A stretch of 63,123 bases of DNA, the filler included. It is 4 parts of 4 records of this genome, joined end to end, with 100 filler letters (N's around TTAATTAATTAA, not from the genome) between each part and the next. Parts side by side here need not be neighbours in the genome. Positions count along the whole stretch, not along the records: positions 17,360 to 29,958 come from SRR20825006_1288; positions 30,059 to 57,581 come from SRR20825006_1294; 2 more parts are not named here. One strand, written 5' to 3'. Below the pieces are notes generated by a model. That model was not told the DNA's origin and ran no database searches. It saw nothing but the letters and a program-made list of their open reading frames with translations. Position numbers and translations under genes: made by a program. Below, piece after piece: positions 20,489 through 30,178 of the stretch (the first letter of the stretch is position 1; the number at the start of each line of letters is the position of its first letter).

Positions 20489-21301
20489 TTGAAGCTGATC
20501 CGCCGTTTGCTGCTCGCCCTGCTTGTCCTCATCGTGGCGGGTTATGCCAGCGTGGTCGGCTACATGTATCTCAACCAGCGCGGCCTGCAATATGACGCCC
20601 AGGGCGAGGTGTTCGCTCTCGGCAACACCGCACTGACCGGCGCGCGGGACGTACTCATCGCCAGTGATGGCGAGGCGGTCAGTGGCTGGTATGCGCCGCC
20701 GCGCCCCGGCATGCCGGTCATTGTCTATTACAAAGGCAATTCCAAGAGCTTTACCGAAGAGAACGAGCGCTATGAGCGCTTCGTGGCCGATGGCTATGGT
20801 TTCCTCGCCTTCGACTATCGCGGCTTTCCTGCCTCGCCCGGCGTACTTTCCGAAGCCAATATCCTGACAGACGCCCTGGCCGCCTATGACTGGCTGGCCG
20901 CCGAGACAGACGCCCCCATCCTGATCTGGGGCCGCTCGCTGGGTTCCGGACCGGCCAGCTTTGTTGCCAGCCAACGCGACGCGGCGGCCCTGCTGCTCGA
21001 AACGCCCTTTCTCTCGGCTGTCAATGTGGCGGCCGAGCGCTATCCTATCCTTCCGGTCGCACTGGTCATGCAGGATCAGTTCCGCAACGATCTCTGGATC
21101 GAGGATGTCAGCGAGCCGGTCCTGGTGGCCCATGGCACGGCTGATCGCACGATCGACGTTACCAACGGAGAACGCCTTTATGCGCGCGCGCCCAATCCTG
21201 ACGAACTCTGGATCGTCGATGGCGCCGATCACTCCGACCTCTGGGACGCCGGTATCTGGGACCGTGCCAAACCCTTCTTTGACCGCGCGTTAAACCGGTG
21301 A
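20489..21301 (+). CDS. Alpha/beta hydrolase (ABHD-like)
   Basis: DYRGF, GRSLG nucleophile elbow, HGTAD, GADH. Confidence 0.85.
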   Translation: MKLIRRLLLALLVLIVAGYASVVGYMYLNQRGLQYDAQGEVFALGNTALTGARDVLIASDGEAVSGWYAPPRPGMPVIVYYKGNSKSFTEENERYERFVADGYGFLAFDYRGFPASPGVLSEANILTDALAAYDWLAAETDAPILIWGRSLGSGPASFVASQRDAAALLLETPFLSAVNVAAERYPILPVALVMQDQFRNDLWIEDVSEPVLVAHGTADRTIDVTNGERLYARAPNPDELWIVDGADHSDLWDAGIWDRAKPFFDRALNR

Positions 21302-22503
21302 GGCCCCCGCGCTCGCTGGGCATGTCCCCAAGGCGGACCGCCATTATCGGCGGGCTGATGGTGACAACCGGCCCACTCAGCCTGACATTGTATGGCCCTG
21401 CCTTGCCCTCGATCGTCGCGGATCTGGGCATCACCGATGCGGGCGGCAAGCTGACCATGACGGTCTATTTCGCCGCCTTCGCCATTTCGCAATTGCTGTG
21501 CGGTCCGCTATCGGACCGTTTCGGCCGACGCTGGGTCGGGGTGGCTTTCTTTGCCATCTATGTCCTCGGCTCGCTGGTCTGCGCCCTGGCCCCGACCCTG
21601 GAAATGCTCTTGCTCGGGCGGTTGCTGCAGGGCCTGGGCGTTTCGGCTGGTGTGGCCCTGTCCAGGGCAATGGTGCGCGACCAGTTCGTTGGCATGGATG
21701 CCATACGCATCCTCACAATGGTCAATCTGATCCTGACCGTCGCACCAGCCGTGGCACCGACCCTGGGCAGCGTCATTCTATTACTGGGATCATGGCACCT
21801 GATGTTTGTCATCATGGCGGGTTTTGGCCTGGCCGTGATTGCCCTGCTCGGCCTTGGTGCCCGCGAAACCCTGCCTGCCGAAGCGCGCGTCCCCCTGCAT
21901 CCGGGACGGGTGCTGGCCAATTATGGCCGCCTGCTCACAGCGCCCGACTTTCTCATGCCGGCACTGGTGCTGGCCCTATCCTTTGGCGGCTTTTATGGCT
22001 TCGCTGCGCTCCTGCCCTTCATCCTCATTGATCAGATCGGGCTAACGCCATTCCAGTTCGCCATGGCCATGCTGATCCAGACCGGCTCCTTCATCACCGG
22101 CAATATTATCGCTGGTCGGCTGGCACGGCGCCTCGATGGCCCAGCGCTCATTCTGATGGGATTGGGCTTCCTCGCGCTGGGTGGCGCCGGATTTGCCATT
22201 GCCCCACGGCTCTATCCCGATGCGGTGCTGGCCACGATGCTTCCGGTGAGCCTCTGGATGCTGGCCCTGGCCGCCATCGGGCCCAGCGCAACAGCCAGCG
22301 CCATGGCCCGATACGGGCATATCGCGGGCGCTGCTGGTGCGCTGACCGGCTTCTTCCAGATGGGTGGCGGCTTCGTCGCCTCGGTCCTGGCCATTGCGCT
22401 CTTCCCCGATGCGCGAACGGCCATGATGAGCGTCCTGCCGGCCCTGGCCTTGCTGGCCGTGCTTGTCGCGCTTTGGCACCGACGCCCTTACCCCGGACAA
22501 TAA
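21298..22503 (+). CDS. Bcr/CflA family MFS transporter
   Basis: LYGPALP, GPLSDRFGRR, about 12 TM segments. Confidence 0.85.
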   Translation: MRPPRSLGMSPRRTAIIGGLMVTTGPLSLTLYGPALPSIVADLGITDAGGKLTMTVYFAAFAISQLLCGPLSDRFGRRWVGVAFFAIYVLGSLVCALAPTLEMLLLGRLLQGLGVSAGVALSRAMVRDQFVGMDAIRILTMVNLILTVAPAVAPTLGSVILLLGSWHLMFVIMAGFGLAVIALLGLGARETLPAEARVPLHPGRVLANYGRLLTAPDFLMPALVLALSFGGFYGFAALLPFILIDQIGLTPFQFAMAMLIQTGSFITGNIIAGRLARRLDGPALILMGLGFLALGGAGFAIAPRLYPDAVLATMLPVSLWMLALAAIGPSATASAMARYGHIAGAAGALTGFFQMGGGFVASVLAIALFPDARTAMMSVLPALALLAVLVALWHRRPYPGQ

Positions 22504-22530
22504 AAAACGCCGCCCCGCAAGGGACGGCGT
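22502..22530. terminator. Terminator between the MFS gene and rpsU
   Basis: AAAAAACGCCG-CCCC-GCAA-GGGA-CGGCGT hairpin; U-tract on the minus strand. Confidence 0.7.
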
Positions 22531-22554
22531 CCAATTCGAAATGCCTTGAGGCGC

Positions 22555-22779
22555 TTAGCTGCGGCCAGTGGCCACGATGCCGCCTTCGCGCTGCGCACGC
22601 TTACGGGCCAGCTTGCGCGCACGGCGCACAGCTTCGGCCTTCTGGCGAGCCTTCTTCTCGGAAGGCTTTTCATAATAGTTGCGCAGCTTCATCTCGCGGA
22701 AGACACCTTCACGCTGCAGCTTCTTCTTCAGTGCGCGCAGCGCCTGGTCAACATTGTTATCGCGAACGACTACTTGCAA
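22555..22779 (-). CDS. rpsU: 30S ribosomal protein S21
   Basis: [23 protein letters not shown]...YEKPSE. Confidence 0.97.
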   Translation of the reverse strand: MQVVVRDNNVDQALRALKKKLQREGVFREMKLRNYYEKPSEKKARQKAEAVRRARKLARKRAQREGGIVATGRS

Positions 22780-22994
22780 AGGTCAACCGCCCTTTCAAAG
22801 CTATGCAAACTGTTTGGATAAAAACGGCATGGCCATACAAACCACCCCGCCGACCAGCGTAGCCGGTCACCGTGGCGGGCTCTATAGCCCAACATTGGCA
22901 GGCTGTCCACACTCGTCACGCGGAAAAATGCGGGCATCTTGTGGGTTCTCTGCTCAAAGACTACCCCTGAGGCATCGAAATTCAGGAGGCCGAT

Positions 22995-23687
22995 ATGTAT
23001 CAACCCCTCGTCATGGTGCCCGGATTGAGGTGCGATGGCTTTCTCTACCAGCCGGTAATCACGCGCCTGGGTGATGATATCGCCCCGGCAATTGCCGATG
23101 TTTCGCTCGACGATTCCATTGCCGGCATGGCCAGCCGCATTCTGGCGGCCGCACCGCCACGTTTCGCCCTGGCCGGCCTGTCGATGGGGGGATATGTCGT
23201 GCTTGAAATCATGCGCCAGGCGCCGGAACGCGTGTCCCATCTGGCCCTGCTGGATACCAATGCCCGCCCGGACAGCGACGTGCGCAAGCAGGCGCGCCTC
23301 GAGGAAATGGAGCTGGTGCGGCAGGGCAAGTCGGCCCTGGTGTCGCGTATGGCGCTGCCCGGCCTGCTGGCGCCGTCAAACCTTGATGGCCCGGTGGCCG
23401 ATCAGGTCCATGACATGGCCATGCGCGTTGGGACCGACACCTATCTTCGTCAGCAGACAGCCATCATGGCGCGTGTCGATTCACGGCCTCTTCTTGAGAA
23501 TATCGAAGTGCCCACCCTGGTCGGCGTGGGCGCAGAGGACAAACTCATCCCCCTGCCGCTGTCCGAAGAAATGGCCGAACGCATCCCCGGCGCAGAGCTC
23601 GTAATCTTTCCCGATTCCGGCCATGTCCCGACGCTGGAAAATCCCGTAGCGGTAGCGGAGGCCATGAAGGTCTGGCTGAAGCGCTAA
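22995..23687 (+). CDS. Alpha/beta hydrolase
   Basis: GLSMGG, GAED, SGH triad; AGGAGG RBS. Confidence 0.85.
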   Translation: MYQPLVMVPGLRCDGFLYQPVITRLGDDIAPAIADVSLDDSIAGMASRILAAAPPRFALAGLSMGGYVVLEIMRQAPERVSHLALLDTNARPDSDVRKQARLEEMELVRQGKSALVSRMALPGLLAPSNLDGPVADQVHDMAMRVGTDTYLRQQTAIMARVDSRPLLENIEVPTLVGVGAEDKLIPLPLSEEMAERIPGAELVIFPDSGHVPTLENPVAVAEAMKVWLKR

Positions 23688-23691
23688 GGCC

Positions 23692-24777
23692 CTAGCCGCG
23701 CACGATTCTGTTGATGTGCCCCATCTTGCGGCCGGGCCGGGCTTCGGCCTTGCCGTAAAGATGTGGCTGGGTATCGCCATCAATGCCGCCCGGCACCTGA
23801 TCGACCTCGTCGCCGATTAGGTTCTGCATCACCACATCGGCCATGCGTTGCGGATCGCCCAGCGGCCAGCCGGCGATGGCGCGGATATGCTGTTCGAACT
23901 GGTCGGTCAGGCACACCGCCTCGGTCCAGTGCCCCGAATTGTGTACGCGCGGCGCGATTTCGTTGACCAGCAGCGATGGCCGTTCGCCACCAACGACAAA
24001 GAATTCGACCCCGAGCACACCCACATAGTCGAGCGCCACGACAATCACCTTGGCCAGCATGGCCGCATGCTTGGCAACGCCCGGTGCGATGTCGCCGGGC
24101 ACGGTCGAGGTGAAAAGAATATGATCCAGATGCACGTTCTCGGCGGCATCGAAGGCCCGCACAGTGCCATCGAGACCACGCGCCACCACCACCGAGATTT
24201 CCTTCTCGAAGGGCACAAAGCCCTCCAGCACCAGCGGATGGGGCTTGAGTTCAGCAAAGGCCGTCTCGGCCTCCTCCGGCGTGCGCAGCACCCGCTGCCC
24301 TTTACCGTCATAGCCCAGCCGCGTGGTTTTGAGCACGGCCGGCAGACCCAATTCGTCAATGGCGGCTTTCAGGTCCTCAAGACTGTGTACGGCCCGATAG
24401 GGCGCCACCGGAATATTCTTGGACGAAAGGAAGCTCTTTTCGGCCAGCCTGTCCTGCGCAATGGCCAGCGCATTGGCGCCGGGCCGCAGCGGCTTCAGCC
24501 CCGCCAGCACTTCGGCAGTGGCCGCGGGCACATTTTCGAACTCATAGGTCACGACGTCGACCTGGGCCGCGAATGCCTTGAGCGCGTCGACATCGTCATA
24601 ACCAGCCACGGTCTTGAGCGGCGTCACGTCAAAGGCCGGGCTCTGCGCATCGGGGCAGTAGATGTGGCTCTTCAGCCCCAGCCGGGCCGCCGCCAGCGCC
24701 AACATGCGCCCAAGCTGCCCTCCGCCCAGAATGCCAATGGTGGAGCCAGGAGCCAGAATGGTCGGATTGTCAGTCAA
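23692..24777 (-). CDS. purK: N5-CAIR synthase
   Basis: GILGGGQLGRM, TYEFENVP, GYDGKGQ, NEIAPRVHNSGH, RKMGH. Confidence 0.95.
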   Translation of the reverse strand: MTDNPTILAPGSTIGILGGGQLGRMLALAAARLGLKSHIYCPDAQSPAFDVTPLKTVAGYDDVDALKAFAAQVDVVTYEFENVPAATAEVLAGLKPLRPGANALAIAQDRLAEKSFLSSKNIPVAPYRAVHSLEDLKAAIDELGLPAVLKTTRLGYDGKGQRVLRTPEEAETAFAELKPHPLVLEGFVPFEKEISVVVARGLDGTVRAFDAAENVHLDHILFTSTVPGDIAPGVAKHAAMLAKVIVVALDYVGVLGVEFFVVGGERPSLLVNEIAPRVHNSGHWTEAVCLTDQFEQHIRAIAGWPLGDPQRMADVVMQNLIGDEVDQVPGGIDGDTQPHLYGKAEARPGRKMGHINRIVRG

Positions 24778-24781
24778 GGCG

Positions 24782-25273
24782 CTACTCGATATCGGACGGA
24801 AACTGCGGTACGGCCTGGGTCTGGCGGGCGCGATGGGCATCGAGCCGGTCAGCCAGGTCGTCATCACTGAGGGCCAGAACGGCCGCCGCCAAAAGCGCTG
24901 CGTTGATAGCGCCCGGCTCGCCGATGGCCAGCGTGCCCACCGGCACCCCGCCAGGCATCTGCACGATGGAATAGAGGCTGTCCATGCCCGAAAGCGCCTT
25001 GGACCGCACCGGCACGCCGAACACCGGCAAGCTGGTCATTGCCGCAATCATACCCGGCAGATGCGCCGCGCCCCCCGCTCCGGCGATAATCACCTTGACG
25101 CCCTCTTCCCGCGCATTGGTGGCAAAATCCACCATGCGTTCAGGGGTGCGATGCGCCGAGACGATCCGCGCCTCATATTCCACTTCGAGATTTTCGAGGG
25201 TTTCGGCGGCCAACCGCATGGTGGGCCAGTCCGATTGGCTGCCCATGACGATGGCAACCGGTGGCTTGAGCAT
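24782..25273 (-). CDS. purE: N5-CAIR mutase
   Basis: [31 protein letters not shown]. Confidence 0.96.
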   Translation of the reverse strand: MLKPPVAIVMGSQSDWPTMRLAAETLENLEVEYEARIVSAHRTPERMVDFATNAREEGVKVIIAGAGGAAHLPGMIAAMTSLPVFGVPVRSKALSGMDSLYSIVQMPGGVPVGTLAIGEPGAINAALLAAAVLALSDDDLADRLDAHRARQTQAVPQFPSDIE

Positions 25274-25347
25274 GGCGATTCCCCCGTGCCGCTCCGCAAA
25301 GCGCGGAACTAGCCTAATTCCTGCCACAACTCAAGGCGTCTGGACAC

Positions 25348-25563
25348 TCAGGCTATGATATCGGGCAATAGGATATTTTCGAGTTGGACGATCCGGTCCT
25401 TGAGCGAAAGTTTCCGTTTTTTGAGCCGCTGCAACAGCATCCGATCCGCCATTTGCGACTGCACCAAAGTGTGGATCGCCGCATCGAGATCGGCGTGTTC
25501 CTGGCGTTTTGTGGCCAGTTCGATCCCCAATTGGGTTTCCTGTTCCTTGGTCAGCGACAGCAT
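25348..25563 (-). CDS. YdcH/DUF465 family protein
   Basis: EHADLDAAI...LQRLKKRKLSLKDRI...PDIIA. Confidence 0.85.
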   Translation of the reverse strand: MLSLTKEQETQLGIELATKRQEHADLDAAIHTLVQSQMADRMLLQRLKKRKLSLKDRIVQLENILLPDIIA

Positions 25564-25716
25564 GGTGTACCGGACATTTCAGACGCCAATTCTCAGCCTT
25601 GGTTAACCGATCACGACAAGTTTTGCATCTCAATTCCGGGGCCATTGCAAACGGCGTCGACAAAGCATGAAATATTTGTGACGATACCTGTGTCCAACAC
25701 GCTGAAAGGAGTTGTT

Positions 25717-25893
25717 ATGACGACTGAAGGCCACATCGCAGCGCTTGAACGCCGCCATCAGGAATTGGATCGGATGATCCAGTCCGAAACCCAGAACCGG
25801 CTTGCCGACGACCTCATGGTCGCCGCGCTCAAGCGTAAGAAACTCGAAGTGAAGGACGAACTCTACAAGCTCCAGGGCGCCACGCGGCAATAA
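25717..25893 (+). CDS. YdcH/DUF465 family protein
   Basis: HIAALERRHQELD...LKRKKLEVKDEL; AAGGAG RBS. Confidence 0.85.
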   Translation: MTTEGHIAALERRHQELDRMIQSETQNRLADDLMVAALKRKKLEVKDELYKLQGATRQ

Positions 25894-25924
25894 GGCAGCA
25901 TCAACCAATCATTATGAGCTCTGG

Positions 25925-25955
25925 AGGGTCACGGCATTGTGCCGCGGCCCTTTTT
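25925..25955 (+). terminator. Intrinsic terminator
   Basis: AGGGTCACGGCA-TTG-TGCCGCGGCCCT followed by TTTT. Confidence 0.7.
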
Positions 25956-25987
25956 CATTGCGCAGACGCCGGTCGAAATCGCTAGGA

Positions 25988-26002
25988 TTAACATCCTCTT
26001 AA
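25988..26002. promoter_or_regulatory. CtrA-binding site
   Basis: TTAA-CATCCTC-TTAA, an exact TTAA-N7-TTAA, upstream of the TacA-like gene. Confidence 0.7.
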
Positions 26003-26071
26003 GACGCGACGGGCATCGTCATTCCCAAAACGGCACAACTCGATTCGTGTCGGCAGGACTTCTGATCTGGG

Positions 26072-27562
26072 GTGAATATGACGCGTGTTCTGGTCGTGGA
26101 CGATGATCCGGTGCAATTGCGATTGACCTCGGAAGTCGCCAACCGGGCCGGCTTCAAGCCGATTACCGCTACTGGGGGCGAACAGGCACTCTCCATTCTG
26201 CGGGAGGATCCCCAACTCGGGGCCATGATTCTCGATCTGGTCATGCCCGATCTCGATGGCATGGGCGTGATGGAGGCCATGCGCAAGGAAGGCCTGACCA
26301 CACCGGTCATCATCCAGACCGCCAATGCCTCGCTCGAAACCGTGATCTCGGCCATGCGACAGGGGGCGGCTGATTATTTCGTCAAGCCGGTGGCGCCCGA
26401 GCGGCTCGTCATCTCGCTGCGTAACGCGATGAAACTCGATGCGCTCGAAGCTGCCATTCGCGCCGAGCATGCGCGCAAGGCCGGCACCTTCAGCCAGAAG
26501 GACATGATTGCCGCCGCACCCGCCATGGCCCGCGTCATCACCCTTTGCGCCAAGGCCGCCAAGAGCAATATCCCGGTGCTGATTGAGGGCGAGAGCGGGG
26601 TCGGCAAGGAATTGGTGGCCCGCATCATCCAGGGCACCGGCGACCGCGCCGGCAAACCCTTCATCACCGTCAATTGCGGGGCAATCCCGCCCAATCTGGT
26701 TGAATCGGTACTGTTTGGCCATAGAAAGGGAGCCTTTACCGGCGCCCATGCTGACCAGCCCGGCAAGTTCGCCGAGGCCCATGGCGGCACCCTTTTCCTC
26801 GATGAGGTGGGGGAACTGCCACTCGATACCCAGGTCAAATTGCTGCGCGCGCTGCAGGATGGCGAAATCGAGCCGGTCGGGGCCAGCAAACCCGAAAAGG
26901 TCAATGTGCGGCTGATTTCGGCCACCAATCGGCGCCTGCTCAACCTGGCCAAATCCGGCGAATTCCGCGAGGATCTGTATTACCGGCTCAATGTCTTCCC
27001 TATTTATGTGCCACCCCTGCGCGAGCGGCTCGAAGACTTGCCTGCCCTGATCAATCACTTCATCGCCCGCTTCTCTGCCGAAGCCGGCAAGCGCGTGTTG
27101 GGCGTCTCCCCGGCGGTCACGGACCTCCTGGGCAAACATGCCTGGCCGGGCAATGTGCGCCAACTCGAAAACGCCATCTATCGCGCCATCGTGCTCAGCG
27201 ACGGCGCCTTTCTCGAAACCCAGGATTTCCCCCAGGTGCTGGCCCAGGCCGCCGGGCGCGAGGAAGCCATGCGGGCGGTAGAAAAAGTCGTCGAGCTGAC
27301 CGAGCCGGTCCATATTGACGCCGCAACCGCCCGCCCGCCCGTCGAACACGCTCCTCCGACCATGCGCGATCGGTTTCTCTCGGAGAGCGGTGACTTGCAA
27401 CCTCTTTCGGACATCGAGCGCGAGGCCATTGCTTTCGCCATCGAGCACCACGGCGGGCGCATGTCCCGCGTGGCCCGGGCGCTCGGCATCGGCCGTTCGA
27501 CCCTTTACCGCAAGCTGCACGAATACGGCATGGCCGAAGGGCTGATTAACGACGCCGCCTGA
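26072..27562 (+). CDS. Sigma-54-dependent response regulator (REC-AAA-Fis), TacA-like
   Basis: VVDDD/DLVMP receiver, GESGVGKE, GAFTGA, WPGNVRQL, LGIGRSTLYRKL. Confidence 0.9.
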   Translation: MNMTRVLVVDDDPVQLRLTSEVANRAGFKPITATGGEQALSILREDPQLGAMILDLVMPDLDGMGVMEAMRKEGLTTPVIIQTANASLETVISAMRQGAADYFVKPVAPERLVISLRNAMKLDALEAAIRAEHARKAGTFSQKDMIAAAPAMARVITLCAKAAKSNIPVLIEGESGVGKELVARIIQGTGDRAGKPFITVNCGAIPPNLVESVLFGHRKGAFTGAHADQPGKFAEAHGGTLFLDEVGELPLDTQVKLLRALQDGEIEPVGASKPEKVNVRLISATNRRLLNLAKSGEFREDLYYRLNVFPIYVPPLRERLEDLPALINHFIARFSAEAGKRVLGVSPAVTDLLGKHAWPGNVRQLENAIYRAIVLSDGAFLETQDFPQVLAQAAGREEAMRAVEKVVELTEPVHIDAATARPPVEHAPPTMRDRFLSESGDLQPLSDIEREAIAFAIEHHGGRMSRVARALGIGRSTLYRKLHEYGMAEGLINDAA

Positions 27563-27928
27563 TGAGCGCGCAATCGCACACAGGCACCATCGTCCAGCAC
27601 GGCCGCATGGGGCTGGCTGGCCGGGCGCTCGACCTCGGCGCCGATTCGGCCGCGCGCCCTTCCCCACTGCGCCAGTTTATCATCCATGACGTGTCTGGGC
27701 TGACCACGCGTGTCCAAATAATATTCGGAGCATAGCGCAAATGAACTAATTCACTATCTTTCCACCTACGCTTGTGTTGCGCAAATATCGCACAGCAAAA
27801 CCTCTCGATACTCTGCGCGTTGCATCTAGTACAATTGCGTCATTACCCCTGAATTCCACCCCCGCATAGTCCAACGGCTAGATAAGGACAGGCAGGACTC
27901 GGTTCTGCCGAGGCAGGGGTAAGAGTAG

Positions 27929-29958
27929 ATGACGTCAACCAACAAGCTGCACCGGCGCGCCATGCTGGCCACAGTGTCACCCACGGTTCTGGTGCTTTCC
28001 GGAATTCTGGCTGGTCAGGCAGCCGCAGTGGACCATGTAAACCCTGAGGGGACCACGCTGCCCACCGGCATCGTGCTGGCCGACGGTGACTCGCTGACCA
28101 ATAGCGGGACCATCACCAACAACGGTAATCCTGCTGTTGGGGCTGCAGCCAATGTCACCTTCATTCTCAATACAGCCACCGGCAAGGTCGAGGCCGTTGG
28201 CGACTTCGGCATCGGCGTGACCGGCAATCTGGGCAGCTTTGAAAACCACGGCATGGTATCGACTGACACTGATGCAGCTGTTGGTGTCGGGGGTGACCTG
28301 GGCAGCTTTCTGAACACCGGTACATTGTTCTCCAGCGACAATGCAGGCTTCGGCATTGACGGTGCCATGGGCACCTTCGTCAACTCCGGAACCATTACCG
28401 GCACCGATGGCCCAGCAACGCTGTTCAATGGCAGCACCGCGAGCTTTGACAATTCGGGCACGCTGAGTTCGGCGGCCAACTGGACCGCGGCCTTCTTTGA
28501 CGATGGCATTACCACCTTCACCAACTCCGGCACCATAGTGAACACGGGTACCGGCAAAGGCGTTGAGACAAACCTGAACAATGGCGCGGTCGGCACCTTT
28601 ACCAATTCAGGCACGATCACCGCCGGGACCGGTCAGGTCGGCGTGGGTCTGTTCGGCGATACCTATGGGGTGGGTAGCTTCGCCAATTCGGGGACCATTA
28701 CCGGCCAGGCAGATGCTGCCGTCGCGATCGATGGGCCGGTCGGCACTTTCACCAACTCCGGTACGCTGAGCGGCGGAAACTGGGATGCGGTCTTTCTGCG
28801 TGAAGGCGTCGATACCTTCGTCAATACCAGCACCGGCGTTATTGAGAACGTCGACAACAATGGCAATGGTGGCAACGCAGTCGGCATCGACACCGGCACT
28901 GTCTCTGGTGGCGAGGTCCAGGTGTTCGAAAACCACGGCAGGATCATCGGTGATGCGGCGGCGGCCAGCTCGAATGGTGTCGGCTTTTTCGACGGTGGCG
29001 ACCCTACTGCGCATGTCGTCGGGAGTTTTCTCAACACCGGCGCCATTTCCGGCTCCGGCAATGGTGTCATCGCCGATGGCGGCTTCGGCACCTTCACCAA
29101 TTCCGGGACCATCGCTGGTAATCTGTGGCAAGGCGTCGGCACCAATGGCAATGTGGGCACCTTCAACAATTCGGGCACCATTTCCTCGGTGCAGGATTAT
29201 GGCGTCAGCATCGACGGAACTGTCGGCAGTTTCACCAACTCGGGCACGATCAAGAGCGAACAATCGCGCGCCATCCGCTTTGATGATGATGTCACGAGCT
29301 TTACCAATTCGGGCACCATTGATGGCATGGAAGATGGTGTGCGCTTCAACGCCGCGCTCGGCACCGGCTCCAATTCTGGCACCATCATCTCGCGCTCTGC
29401 GGCCGGCCCCGAAGGCATACGCTTCAACGGCACGGTGGGGTCATTCACCAACTCGGGAACGATCCAGGGTGAAAAGGCCATAGAATTTGCCAATGGCGGC
29501 AACAATGTCCTGATCAACTCGGGCGTACTGCGCGGCACCGGAGGCGAAGCTGTCACCTTCGATGGCGGCGACGACCTGCTCACCCTGCAGACCGGATCGC
29601 AGATATTTGGCGCCGTGGAGTTCCAGGGCGGTGACGACACGATCGATGTTTCCGGCTTTTCCGGCAGCACCCTGCTCCAGGTCTTCGATCTCGAAAATGT
29701 CACGCCGGGCGACAAGCTGGTCTATTTCGACCAGCCCAATGACCAACTGGCCGTGGTCGAACCCGTGGGGGTGACCCAGGGAAGTCAGGCCGTCAGCATC
29801 GATATGGCAACCCAGCTTGGCAACCTTGTCACGCCCATTCTCGATGGCGCTCTTTCGGGAAGCTCCGGCGGTGCCTTCGAACCCATGGGCTACATGCCCT
29901 CGGCTCCTCAGACGGCGGCCGACCTCGCCATTATCGATCCGGTTGCGCCCGCCGCAAC
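27929..29958 (+). CDS. Secreted beta-helix repeat protein, probable autotransporter passenger (3'-truncated)
   Basis: Signal peptide; many xGTFTNSGTI repeats; ORF runs into the contig gap. Confidence 0.75.
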
Positions 29959-30058
29959 NNNNNNNNNNNNNNNNNNNNNNNNNNNNNNNNNNNNNNNNNN
30001 NNTTAATTAATTAANNNNNNNNNNNNNNNNNNNNNNNNNNNNNNNNNNNNNNNNNNNN
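29959..30058. other. Artificial contig spacer
   Basis: N run with TTAATTAATTAA. Confidence 0.98.
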
Positions 30059-30088
30059 GTGGGGGTTCAAGTCCCTCCACCCGCACCA
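30059..30088 (+). tRNA. 3' end of a tRNA (T-arm, acceptor strand, CCA); probably tRNA-Leu, 5' part outside the contig
   Basis: GGGGG-TTCAAGT-CCCTC T-arm followed by CACCCGCA-CCA; isotype inferred, anticodon not visible. Confidence 0.75.
30060..30088 (+). repeat. att core, left copy (TGGGGGTTCAAGTCCCTCCACCCGCACCA)
   Basis: Exact match to 47531-47559. Confidence 0.95.
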
Positions 30089-30178
30089 CCTTATCTCATT
30101 GAAATCAAATAAAACCCTTGATTATAAGGGGATTTTGCCATTTTGAAGCTACAAAGTTGACTACAAAATGGAAACGCT

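Noticed and set aside
11506-22503. Apparent duplication of a DsbA/FrnE plus Bcr-MFS neighbourhood
   Set aside because: The copies lie on different contigs, are highly divergent and probably come from different organisms
25988-27667. 559-aa minus-strand ORF and other long antisense ORFs (e.g. 1017-2144, 40518-41618)
   Set aside because: Shadow ORFs opposite well-supported genes in GC-rich DNA, with no recognisable motifs
28080-29530. CRISPR-like or tandem DNA repeats (ACCAATTCGGGCACC-type)
   Set aside because: Degenerate at third codon positions and in frame; these are protein-coding repeats
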